Positions 26,273-38,325 of a stretch of DNA of 64,000 nucleotides are shown here, piece by piece. Origin of the DNA: Haliotis cracherodii (lineage: Eukaryota); the NCBI RefSeq assembly GCF_022045235.1, contig NW_027266265.1:34100001-34164000 (forward strand). The letters run 5' to 3'. Below the pieces are notes generated by a model. The model was given only the letters and a program-made list of their open reading frames with translations, ran no database searches and was not told where the DNA came from. A program made the position numbers and the translations under genes. How positions within the stretch are numbered: the first letter of the stretch is position 1; each line of letters opens with the position of its first letter.

Positions 26273-28175
26273 ATGATGCTGAAAGTGTGCGTTGCTCTAA
26301 TCTTCGTAGCATCCGCTCTGATTCAAGATTCGCATGGATTTGTAAGTCTCAAATAATATCAAACTGACTGTTAAGTCCAGCGACAGTTTAAACATTTATT
26401 CTTATTAAATTTCAATGTCTGAAACATCACTATCATACGTAATGTCGATAAGGATGGGTTTAAAGCCGCTTGGAGAATATTGTAGTTACAGTGTATATTA
26501 CAGCTTGTCTGCTTGATGTGTGAGGAGGGTACGACTGCATATCCAAGAAATATACCTTTTTTGAGAACCTACGTGCACTGGGAAGGTGTTAATAAAGAAG
26601 GAGTCATAACTGTCGGGGCGTATCTGGAATTGAACCCACTATCATGGTTTCTGGCATGTATAAAGAACTCAATTCTGCACAGCGATTTGCGGCTTGTTAC
26701 ATAGCAGGACCATGCCTGACCCTTGCTTTTCATTAGCAAGTAATGAAATGTTTTGTTCGATAGAGCTTTCCATAATCGTGTTTACAATTTATTTTTTGCT
26801 TTCGGAATACATTGCGTTTATTTTTTCTCTGATTTTAAGATGGGCATCACTTAAATATTATCATATGACGTCTATGTTAAAGGCTAATACATATTGATAC
26901 GACATACATATGTATGGTTTGGGGCCATAATATAAGAGGTATTCTATTTTACAGTGCCAGACAGAAGGACAAACCTGCAATGTGATGAATGGTAAAACAT
27001 GCTGTAATGGCCTGATGTGTGAGTCTGGCATAGGAAACACAAGAATATGCAAGAGAAGTGCCGGCAGTGGTGCTGGGGTAAGTGAATAACAAGAATCTAA
27101 AGATTACAATTTAACCCAACCCGTAAGAAGCAAGTATTGTCTTTTAGGTGCTGGGAGAAACCCGAAATCCGTATATTATCCCCAGTCTTACCTGAATGTT
27201 CATTGTACCAGTATGGTACATTCTGCCAGACTGTAACTTGAATTATATCATATCTCAGTCAGTAAAGATATGGAAGGACATGGAAATGACCTGTTGGTTT
27301 GGACATATAATGGTAGAAGCTCTGTATAAAGTAAAATGTTAAGTTTTGATTTAAAGGATGCCTAAACCTTGATTACAAAACAAATTTATTACAGACAAAG
27401 TAGATATTTAATAAGATCACATTTTAAGCAAATATAAAGAGAAAGCCTTAAACACTACAAAGCAACTCAAGCCATCTCTTCTTCAAATTGTAACCAGGCA
27501 CAGTTCTTAATGTTTTGGTCATCATTGCATACACAATTAAAGGATGTAAGTGTTCAGCATGTCTGAATTTTATACATAATATATAATGAGAAATAACATG
27601 AAATAATGACTTGGTCCGCTGCATTATGTAATATTGAGGATATAAAACTCAAATAGTATCAATAGACATGGTATATACTGCTTTAAAATGAAACAGATAT
27701 CGCTTTGTTACATGTACTGTTTATATCGTTACATGTATGTACACGATGTATACAGAAATGGGACAAAAATACTTTAAAAAACACAAAAAAAACACTGTGG
27801 AAAGCGTTTTGAATACTTTAGTTTAATTTTCATTCAAAAGTGATTGTCCATTTTTGAACTGTACATGCATTCCTATTTGTCAACATTATGCCAATTGCAG
27901 CCTCCCCCCCCCCCCCCCCCCCCCCCCCCACACACCCTATCCTCCGCACCACTTAGCAAGCAAAGAACTGAATTTGATATGAATAGTTTGTAACACATTC
28001 ATCATGTTTCTATTTGACAGCGTCGTCTTCATGTGGATGTGTAAATGTATTCGTCTGTATTTTACAGTGTCGCCTCCGTAACGACGAATGCAAAATTAAT
28101 GGCATCGATGCCATGAAATGCTGTGGCTCACTCCGCTGTATGCCTGGATACATGAACAAGATGATGTGTCAGTAG
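26273..28175 (+). CDS. Gene B': double cystine-knot peptide, 99 aa; exons 26273-26341, 26955-27077, 28068-28175
   Basis: MMLKVCVALIFVASALIQDSHGF | CQTEGQTCNVMNGKTCCNGLMCESGIGNTRICKRSAGSGAG | CRLRNDECKINGIDAMKCCGSLRCMPGYMNKMMCQ*; AATAAA at 28229-28234. Confidence 0.88.
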
Positions 28176-28344
28176 ATTGCATCTGATATACCTTGTACCC
28201 TTGTCCCTGCCGACAGACCGTTGTTGGAAATAAAATGGCTTTATGAAATCATACAAAACGTGTTTTCTGTCTGTCCTTTTGTATCATACGCACGCACTCT
28301 CTCACACAATCGACTCACTCACACACTCGTCTCACTCACTCGAC

Positions 28345-28680
28345 TCGACTCCGTGATCTAGTGGTAGCGCGTTCGCCCGCAGGGTGAAAAATATGGGGTT
28401 CGATCCCCGGCCGCATCATACCAACAGACATTAAAAGATGGTGCTTTTGGTTACCCTGCCTGACGCTTGGCATTTAGGGGTTAAAACAAGGACTGGTCGA
28501 CAGTTTATTGTGTCTGAGTGGGGTATTCATGTTGCATTACGGCATGGTATCTCAGTGGGCTAGCACTATAAAATCGGCATTAGTCCGGCCTAGTGCTATA
28601 TAAGTGCAATAATTTTGGCCACCTCACCTCACCTCACCTCACCCCACCTCACCTCAATCCCACCAAACCTCACTCACTCA
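28345..28680 (+). mobile_element. tRNA-derived SINE (family 2, ~300 bp, CACCT tail)
   Basis: tctagtggtag / ggttcgatccc boxes; shared core tgtctgagtggggtattcatgtt; other copies at 35303-35625, 41516-41733(-), 45633-45820 and 62225-62365. Confidence 0.8.
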
Positions 28681-29090
28681 CTCCAAAATATCCTTTATAA
28701 TACCTGAAGTAAAACAACACAAACTGTCTGTCTGTTTGTTTTGTTAGTCCGTTGTTTAAGGCCTCACTAATAAATATTACAGGTATAGCGCCTGCATATT
28801 ATCGAGAATGTGATTGACATGAGCTGTGACCCACGTCGTCGGATTAACATGACAAGTAATCACAGCTAGAGATCTTCTGATCCTTTTTGTCGCATCTTAC
28901 GGTCGCGACATATCCCGACATATTTGAACATAGAGATGTGTCACGACAGCATCTAGCAGAAACACATATTCAACATACATAGAAGGAATATTTGTTATAA
29001 AATGAATTTTAATTTCGAGTTTACAAGTTTCCGTTTGGAACGTTAGGGCGGCCCTGATAAGGACCTAAAAATAAAAGAAATCCGCAGCAT

Positions 29091-29513
29091 TTATAGATGA
29101 CAGTCACAACAGAGATCAAATGCCCGGAAGACAGCCATGCCCGAACACAAAATATTGTGCTTGTCAGCGAAACACTTCATTTCAATATCCCCACAGTACA
29201 TACACGTGTAGTGCGCCGAATGAGGCACTGAGTCCATCTTTGTTGACGGCGCCGCTTTGAAACAGGTCCTACACAGCACTGTTTCCACTAGTCGCTGTAG
29301 ATTGGGATGAAGAGGCGGAGGATGAGGCTGCCGTTGAGGTAGTTGTGGAGACAGTTGTTCAGGTAGTTGCGGGGTTGGTTGTGGTGGTTGAAGGGGGTTT
29401 GACGGTGTCGGTGTTGGCGTCGAGACTGACAAAGGTTGAATCCCGTGAAGAGCGTCCATCAAACTCGAGTCCATTAGGGATGAGGGTGAAGATGAAACGT
29501 CCATGAAGTCCAT
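29091..29513 (-). CDS. Intronless ~140-aa ORF, Ser/Pro/Gln-rich N-terminus plus Cys/His-rich putative zinc-binding C-terminus; origin unknown
   Basis: ORF track 29091-29585; likely start MDFM at 29513 with TATATAAA ~35 nt upstream; CRTC..H..CMYC..C..H..C..CCDC; GC-richer than flanks and not a tandem repeat. Confidence 0.45.
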   Translation of the reverse strand: MDFMDVSSSPSSLMDSSLMDALHGIQPLSVSTPTPTPSNPLQPPQPTPQLPEQLSPQLPQRQPHPPPLHPNLQRLVETVLCRTCFKAAPSTKMDSVPHSAHYTCMYCGDIEMKCFADKHNILCSGMAVFRAFDLCCDCHL

Positions 29514-31822
29514 GATTCTCAGAGTGGAGAACCAATAACGAATAAGGTTTATATAACGGGTATGCATCTGTTGTTTATGACGCACTCACATGCTGCTGAA
29601 GTGTTTCATTTCCCTTGATAGGCGATACCCTTTGTCATGGAGCATAGCACAGTCGGTGTTCTTTGTGTTTCGGATGTATGTATATATCACACGTTATACA
29701 ACAATAAGTTACACATCACATCTACCTGACACATCCACAGTTGCTGCGACAGTGTAACACACTAAGATCAGTGAAGTAATACGTTGACTTTAAATTTATT
29801 ACACAATGATGATGATGATGATGATGATAAAGTTATAGATAGGATGTATAATTATGTATACTTATGTATACTAACGATTGAGTGTGTGAGTTGGATTCAA
29901 CTCTGTTTTGAACAATATTCAAGTTTTATCATGGTTTTTCAGATTGATGTGGAGGAAAGCCCAATTATGAAGATGAAGATGAAGATGAATATTTAAATGT
30001 AGATGTTGACGAAGGTGATAACGAGGACAAAGAAGTCCACCCTAGCGGAAATCCGTTTCACTCGTTTTGAAAATACCACCTGTAAATCATGCATGTCATA
30101 TACATGTACGTATCATTTTTGTACGGCCATTCATGATCAAGCTAAGAACATAACACATCTAGATCTGGATATATGTATAACGAAACACGTGCCATATGTC
30201 ATATACATATGGATACTAATGGATACTTATTGTTAGACCCGTGGAGATTCCGGGGTAGAATCGGTCTTCAGCAACCCATACTTGCCGTAATAATGTCAGC
30301 ATTGAAATAATCCACACTGTAATATTCCTTCCAATGTCGTCCGCACTAAGAACCGGGATGTATTGAAGCTAGTAGAATCCCATTACATGAACACACTAAG
30401 GGCGTTCAATTTAGTTTGTATTGAACAGACTAGACATTCAAGTTGTAAACATAATACATCAGATTACAATGTCACGTGAAAAGTACGATTACTTTAATTT
30501 CCGTAATTTCTAATACGATATAATAATATTTTATTGCATCATCTTAATATCCCATGTATAAAAATATATATAATGTAAGTTTTAACAATGCTGACAATAT
30601 TAAGAACATGTATTCATTTGCCGAGAGTTTCCCAGAGCTTAAGTTGCTACAGAGCTTAGGATTAATTAATGCCTATTCATCAACCGCCCTTGGGCAACTG
30701 TTCACAGCTTGACCGTTCCAGTGTCAAGTACATGTTTACCTAGGAGTGTCACAAACACATCATTTTAACGGCTTTGACGCGATTGTGTGCCTTCACTGAC
30801 CTTTGTCTTTGTACTTCAACTGATCACATTAAAAAAAATAGAAAGACGACTTTGCAGAACATGGTCTATTATAATTTGGCTATGTGACATAAAAGGTTCA
30901 ATCCTGTGCAAAATTTACATTAATAATGTTTCACCCAGTTATTAACTGTGTTTAAAGTGATAAAAATAAACGTTCAATTACAGTTAAACGCCCTCGAGGC
31001 GAAAACATCGCCTTCTTCTGGGAACATACTAATATATGTACGTGTGTAAAAATGGACGCTATGTCACAGAGAAAAGTGCCAACATTCACGAATGATGTAA
31101 CAGTGATAGCCCATTGAAAACCTCAGAGGCGGGTCTGAGATGTAACCTAAATGTCGGAGTTGGAGATTAGGTCGCGTAGTGTTACATGTACGTCTAACTG
31201 TGATTGATATCCAACATGGGTACAATAAATGAAACCATTGCATTTGGCTGTTGTCTCACGTTCTGGTATTGCTACAATATTGCTGAAACGGCGTAGAATA
31301 TATCTCACTTTTACCTCAGTCCAACTGAATCCTGACATGGTTAAAGAAGAGAACTCTATATGGCAAACTGCAGTTCCTACAAACAGCTGCTTCGCATCTA
31401 CCCGCCTCAACCACAGACCGATTGCATCATTAGTGGACATGTAGTTTTCAATCTGATTAAATCCTTTAACCTTTGAGAGTGACTGTTTCAGCGTTTATGC
31501 GAACGTTGTGAAACATATGCAATAATTTGGTTGTCTAGTTAATTTACAGGCCCTTTACGCCAAATGAAACGTGTTTCGGCGGATAATCAATACTGGATAA
31601 TCAATTCTCTTGCATTGACGTCTTATATTTCGATGCATATTATTCTCACAGAAGGGCTATATATGCATGTACATGTGGATAAGCCTTTGAGATAAGTTCA
31701 CAGGCAAGCATAAAACCGTAAGTCAATATTATTATAAAACCAAATGACCATTCAATCAAAACAAACATACTTGCTTTAGTCATTTCCTTTATTAGCTAAA
31801 CACATCTGGTACAAATGTGTCG

Positions 31823-33953
31823 TTACTGACACACCAGCTGGTAATATTGGTTGTAAACGCACATCATGTTATTACAGCATCTCATCTCCTGGGCTCCTGT
31901 CTTCCAGCACTCTTGACCATATGATCGACACTGAATTATACAAGGATATGTCATGAGGAAACCAAATTATGCTATGTTATTACTGATATTTTTTTATTTT
32001 ATTTTTACAACATTTATAATGCAATAAATGAAATAACTTTTTTGCAAGAATGAAACCCTCGAATTTACGTATATGCATTATTTCATAATTCAAGAACTGC
32101 GAGTAGATTTCATATAAATATCCACAAATGTGTAACATCAGGTAACGCATTTTAGAAATAAAGAGTGATTAAGTTGAATATATTTATTTCTCATCTATGT
32201 AATTTCAAACTTCAAATATCCTTTCTCCTCACATACGTCGCGAACTACAACATTGAGTCTTTTTCATACCAGTTTAAAGGGCGGTTACAAATGTCAACCT
32301 TATGTCATAATCCTTAGCACATCTGGTTAAAGGAAACAAGGATGTTATTATTTTAAAATGCGTAATCTAATATCATTCAGTTAGCTTACACACTACTGTT
32401 ACCTCAATACTTCTATATAGACTTATCATATTTGTAGCAATGAAATTATTATCTGCAAAAAGGAGCTATTCTTGACAACCAGCCCGATGTCCTACCATAT
32501 TGTTTCCTCCATTCATGTTTCTCTGACATGTGCGAATGTTTCCGACTGAAGCCTGACAGGAGAATCCTGTGCAGCAACTTCTAGTTCCTGCCAAGTTGCA
32601 AGTCTGACCTTGATTCAGACACTAAAATGGTAAAGACATGTACAGTATGAAAATACTTATCGTCGATCAAATGATATTGCATTAACATCAATATGAAGTA
32701 TTATTGAATTATCGAGATAACCGTTATCAACAGTATAAGACAAGTCTGTAGATTTTGCGAAGTAACAGTTTAGTTGTATGTTTTAGTGTACCACCAAGTG
32801 GTACACTTTCATTTCAATGCAAATGTAAACGGTATCTTTTAAACTTGGCAAATCTATTTAAGGAAACGCCGATGCTACATATTGCTTCAACTAAACATTC
32901 TTTCAATAGGCTTACACGCCATTGTTAATCCTATGGTTAGATTTTGACTTTTTATCATTATTAATGGCAAGATCGTTATGTTCAAGTGGGTTGGACAACC
33001 AGTGAGAGGTCTTACCAGACTTCCTCCATTGATGTTTCTCTGACATGTTCGCATGTTCCCCATAGAATTCTGACAGGAGAAACCTGTACAACAACTTCTA
33101 CCACCAGCCAAGTTGCAAGTTTGACCTTGATTCAGACACTGAAATGATATGTTTTATTAACGTTCTTCGTTCTAAACATATGAGTGAGTTTAAAGTCACA
33201 TCGGCACTTTGTCAGCCATATTGGTACAAGAACAATGTATATATCAATAATAAATAAATTTAGACAACATAAAATCCTGTCCCCTTTTGGAGTCTTGGTT
33301 CAAACAGGTCTAGGCCACCAATACTGGTTATAAGAGGAAACCAAATGAATCAAATGGTAGGACTCGGTTACTTGGTTGAGGTTGAGTGACTTTTATCTGT
33401 CAGTGACTGGTCCAGATTCCATTATCGTATTGTAGCTGGAATTCTGCTGTATGCCGCGTTTATTGGCTAACAACAGCAACATTTCAAGGTTGGAAAAAGG
33501 AATTTTGCTTACCGTATTCGACGTAATAAGCGCCCCGCTCAAATAAGCGCCGATGGCGATATTTGCTAATATACTGGCTAGTGAACAATCCAGATTAGCA
33601 CCCCTTCCGATTGATCAATGTACACAAGACTTATATATTCTTGTATATTACGTGTGTTATATACATCCTTAATTATAGGAAATAAAATTCTGGAAAAATA
33701 TATCTGTTGTATATAAACATTTCAGGCTGTCAGCATAAACCACGAAATTTACGATCTTTCAACTCTGTTGTTTTTCACCAAATAAAATTCTGATCAGAGC
33801 CCCATATTTCTCAGTTTGAGAGCGCCCAGGGCGCTTATTATGTCGAATACGGTAAAAACAAATTGAATTACTTACGAATCCCATGCCGTTGCCATTTTGA
33901 GCAAAGGTTGACCCCACGAGGGCTGCGAGGGTAACACAGACAAATGCATACAT
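31823..33953 (-). CDS. Gene D: secreted triple cystine-knot peptide, 144 aa; exons 33953-33876, 33138-33016, 32621-32496, 31930-31823
   Basis: MYAFVCVTLAALVGSTFAQNGNGMGF | CLNQGQTCNLAGGRSCCTGFSCQNSMGNMRTCQRNINGGSL | CLNQGQTCNLAGTRSCCTGFSCQASVGNIRTCQRNMNGGNNM | CRSYGQECWKTGAQEMRCCNNMMCVYNQYYQLVCQ*; all phase 0; AATAAA at 31793-31788. Confidence 0.88.
33512..33852. mobile_element. MITE in intron 1 of gene D
   Basis: TIRs ccgtattcgacgtaataagcgccc / gggcgcttattatgtcgaatacgg, flanked by TA. Confidence 0.85.
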
Positions 33954-35302
33954 AGCTGTAGAATAATACTGAAAAGTAGATTAAGCATGTTAGATAGTAT
34001 GTATTATGTATGAGAAGGGTGTGCTTTAGTGAATGATTTGGATTAAGGACACCGTGAAGAGCGTAGACATATATTTCTTTGGTAATGCCAACGAGTATGG
34101 GTATGGTGTTGACAAACCAAGGTTATAATCGGGATTAGACCACGTAATCTTTACAGAGCAACTCAGTGAATTGTAGCGCTTTATACCACTGGACCTTCAC
34201 TACATTTTAACAATCTGCTTACGACACTACATGTATGAGCAATGCTAAAGCGTCCATAAATGTGACAAAACGTATTGATTCAAAACAGTGAGGAAAACTG
34301 ACAAATAGCTTCTAAGTGCATATTTAATCAATGGAAACGATAACCAAAGTGTTTATTCAATCATATATCTTATTGTTGCTTGAATTTTTCGTTTCTACGT
34401 TTTTGGGCATACAAGATTGAGTTGTTCCTTATGGAACATTGATGTCACGAGACTGGACATTTTTATCTAAATGTGATGACATTGATCATAAGCACATGAT
34501 GACTGCGTAAGATGAGTATGATGAATAATTTCAGCCGCTTTGATGTGTTTCAGTAATTCGTGGTTTTTTTTAGCTTTCTGCAGATAGAAAGCCCACAACA
34601 CGAACTGAAAACAATCCGTGCAGATGTTTTTGACGTTTAGCACTTGGTGGGGTCAACGTGCACGGGTATAGTGCTGACAAACCTGGGAATATAATCCGGA
34701 CGAACGGGGATTCGAACCCGCGATCATAAGTCTCTGGGGCACCCAAGGAACGGAACTCCGCACAGAGAATTGCTCGTATTAGACGACTGGGGCACACGTG
34801 CCCCGTGGTGATGATGTTTATCGCAATGATGATGTTAAACGCGATTGTACGATTTCGACGTTCATGAGAAGGTGTTTATGAATCACTATTAAAATGAATA
34901 ATGTTTTTTATCGCTAACAAGATCGACATGTCTTGAAAAGTGTACTTTGCAATTTTTGTCACTACTATAAGTAATTTTCCTCATAGCTGGAAAGGCTTGT
35001 GTATCAGTACACATGCAGCTATCTTTGTTAATTAATCAACGCGAAAGTTGGGATTCTAGTTCAAGTAGCGAGGGCCAAAGCGGGAATACGTGGATCAAGA
35101 CTGAGGTTGCTAGGACGAGCATATATGCATACATATGGCAGATAAAGCGGAAACGTATAAATAAAGCTACAACTTATAATCATTTTTGTGATTTGAAATA
35201 TCAACGAAATTATAACGACAACTTTTACCAATAGCGAAAATGTTTCACAAGTTATTTGCTTTCATTTAGCTTGTTAATATCACATGAACTCTTCATTCTC
35301 TG

Positions 35303-35625
35303 GACCGCCTCCGTGGTCTAGTTGTAGAGCGTCCGCCCGGAGAGCCGCGTCATACCAAAAGTCGTTAAAAAATGGTACTTGTTGTTACCCTGTCTGGCGC
35401 TCAGCATTAAGGGGCTAAAACAAGGACTGGTCGGCTCAGAGTCAGTATACTGTGTCTGAGTGGGGTATTCATGTTAAACTGCGGCATGGTATCTCAGTGA
35501 GCTAGCACTGTAAATCGGCATCAGTCCGGACTAGTACAAGCAGCCACACAAACACACACACGTCGCTACATAAGTGCAATAATCTTGGACGCGACGTTAA
35601 ACCCCATTTCACCTCACCTCACCTC
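35303..35625 (+). mobile_element. SINE family 2
   Basis: Homologous to 28345-28680. Confidence 0.8.
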
Positions 35626-37729
35626 ATTCTCTGAACAGTTGCCAACGCTCTCTCGAAGGAATGCCTATAGTGCTGTCAAAGATCATTTCGGGCACTGGTA
35701 CCCACTACCATCGACCCCGAATCCCCCGCAATTACCTCAAATCAAGAATATACTTACTGACTGTTAAATGCAACAGCGCCTGTATGTCATGTACATGTGT
35801 GAATACTTGTCTGAAGGTAACGCCTATATTTATACTGAAACCGTTTTGTACTGATGAAACGTTAACGCTTATCTGTTACACGTGTTGCCTTTCCAACTGA
35901 CATTATCTTCATCAACCATCAATTAGACGCAATTACCTTGTCACATTTGTCAATCAGTGAGTTTTACCGTTTCATAATGTATTGTCCTTCTAAAAGAGGT
36001 TCTGGAGTCACATGCTTGTAATGTACTGCAACCATATCCGTGTACTGCTCAATGTAATGTATGCTTTATGTAACTTTATGTAGTTTCAGGTTTATTCTTT
36101 TTAATTGTCATGATGAAATTCGTAACATATGTTCACATGCGTCAATCGGCAGATGTTTTTGGTACGGACTGAGTGAATTGGGTTTTACGCCGCTTTGAAC
36201 AGTATTCAAGTTATATCACGGCGTGTCGGCTTACTGTGGGAGGAAAGCCTGAAGTGATGCAGGTCTCAGACAATTGCCACTGTAGTGAAACCAATGAGTT
36301 ATAGTCGGAAGCAAAAGATGGAGTTCGTAATAATATTGTTATTGTGTGTACGGTTGTTGTGTTAAGCGTTTGTAACAAATACAGTACACATCGCACTCGG
36401 CTGACACACATATAACTCCGTTGTTGACTTAAAGTTATTTGACCTGCTTTGAACACGTTTCAACAATAATGGCGAACAGCACACGTTTGAAACGTTATAT
36501 TTGGGATACGACTTTTTCAGTAAAGTACAGATTCTCGTAGTTTTTTGGGTTGAATCCCGTAATCCCTCTGCCATCGAGGCTTTCACAAAAATGAATGTCC
36601 GTGATAAAATTTATATGACCATGGATTCGAAATTCGAATCATTCAATATTGATTGAGGGATAGATACAATGTATATCACCCCGCAAAGAAACAAATAAGA
36701 TATTTTTTAATTTCAAATCCACGCTGTATTTGAATCGGAAGGATGTTCGAAGATGCGAGCTAGCTACTCTTTTTAGTGTTATTTACGTGTTTAAGTCCTC
36801 CATGTTTTTCCAGCCCCTTATGCTATCAGCAACGATACAGCAACTGTAGCACTTCTCCCAATAACTATGAACTTTGTTTCACATGTCTTTAACAACGGCC
36901 AACTTAACACTCAAAATAGGTCTTTTTATCTTTGGTTTTCCTATTCTACCAAAATACAATTTATTACTAAGACAAATCTTACTTGTGCACGTATCTGTTG
37001 GAATTGTTTATATTTTCGCCAGTTTACACATTTTAAATAGCTGATTGACAGGATAATGACCTTTATAATGTAATGACATTTACACACGATTGATGTTACC
37101 GTTAACACTTGACGTCATCATTGTGCATTATTACGATTCGTGGATGGGTCTCTCAGTGCATTTTGACGCTTGATACAAGTGATGCGAGTGTTAACTGAAT
37201 ACTGTGCAGTTTTAAGTTTATATTTTGATACATATTGTTAATTTAGCCATAGAATTGAACATGACTTTTTCTTCTGGCAGCTTCGCGTGAGTGACCCTAT
37301 AAACATACATTTTTTCAATCCATTATTCATTTCACAAATCACTACCGACGGTGGTACAAGAGCGTATATTTACAACAATTACAAAACATTCAATGACAAG
37401 ATTGCAGTATCGGTTACGTTTTACATTTAGCGAAAACTTGGTGTCATAACTTTGTGTTAGTGATTCATAAACACGTGATATCGTCGGCATTGTTCCAAGT
37501 ATGGAGATGTTTTTGTCGTTTTGGTCTCATAGGAAAATATACTATTGTAAATACATTGTAAATGTGAAAATATTTATAGTTGTTACTTGTATTTATACAG
37601 ATTAAGCCAAAATAATTAGATGGGATATATTTTGATCTAGAATTTAGAAAGGTGTTACATTTGAAAAGTCCTTTCTTAACTTTACCATTACAACAGCCAG
37701 TCTCTGCAAGAAGATAGTGATTAAATGTC

Positions 37730-37960
37730 TCATGATAGCAACTTTCGAAATACGTGACACATTAAATATCTCAGCCCAAGTCTGATCATAGCATCTTTTG
37801 AAAAATATGACGCATCACATATCTCAGCCCTAGTCTGGTGATAGCAACTTTTGAAATACATGACACACTAAATATCTAAGCTCTAGTCTGATGATAGCAA
37901 CTTTTGAAATACATGACACATTAAATAAATCAGCCCTAGTCTGATGATAGCAACTTTTTA
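37730..37960. repeat. ~56-bp tandem repeat, ~4 copies
   Basis: atagcaacttttgaaatacatgacacattaaatatctcagccctagtctgatg repeated just before the gap. Confidence 0.8.
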
Positions 37961-38040
37961 GTTTCTTTAAGTATGGATTATTGATCTGTATTGATTATTG
38001 ACAATATATATTGATTCCTATGATCACTACTGGGTTGCTG

Positions 38041-38325
38041 NNNNNNNNNNNNNNNNNNNNNNNNNNNNNNNNNNNNNNNNNNNNNNNNNNNNNNNNNNNN
38101 NNNNNNNNNNNNNNNNNNNNNNNNNNNNNNNNNNNNNNNNNNNNNNNNNNNNNNNNNNNNNNNNNNNNNNNNNNNNNNNNNNNNNNNNNNNNNNNNNNNN
38201 NNNNNNNNNNNNNNNNNNNNNNNNNNNNNNNNNNNNNNNNNNNNNNNNNNNNNNNNNNNNNNNNNNNNNNNNNNNNNNNNNNNNNNNNNNNNNNNNNNNN
38301 NNNNNNNNNNNNNNNNNNNNNNNNN
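38041..38325. other. Assembly gap (285 N)
   Basis: Run of n. Confidence 1.

Larger units (their letters stand above)
1..28175. repeat. Tandem segmental duplication: unit 1 = 1-12751, unit 2 = 12752-~28175
   Basis: Position 1 (ttgatcccgtattgattc) recurs at 12752; colinear homology throughout, with TE indels; duplicated ORFs in the track (79/12830, 888/13654, 1801/14573, 6093/21296, 7416/22703). Confidence 0.95.

Noticed and set aside
29942-30070. Acidic reading frame (NYEDEDEDEYLNVDVDEGDNEDKE)
   Set aside because: Short, low complexity, in-frame stop right after the candidate acceptor; no linked exons found.
6198-33953. Calling the knottins conotoxins or perlinhibin/lustrin
   Set aside because: Only the cysteine framework is shared; no conotoxin-type signal/propeptide, no recognisable sequence match, and the mature regions are conserved.
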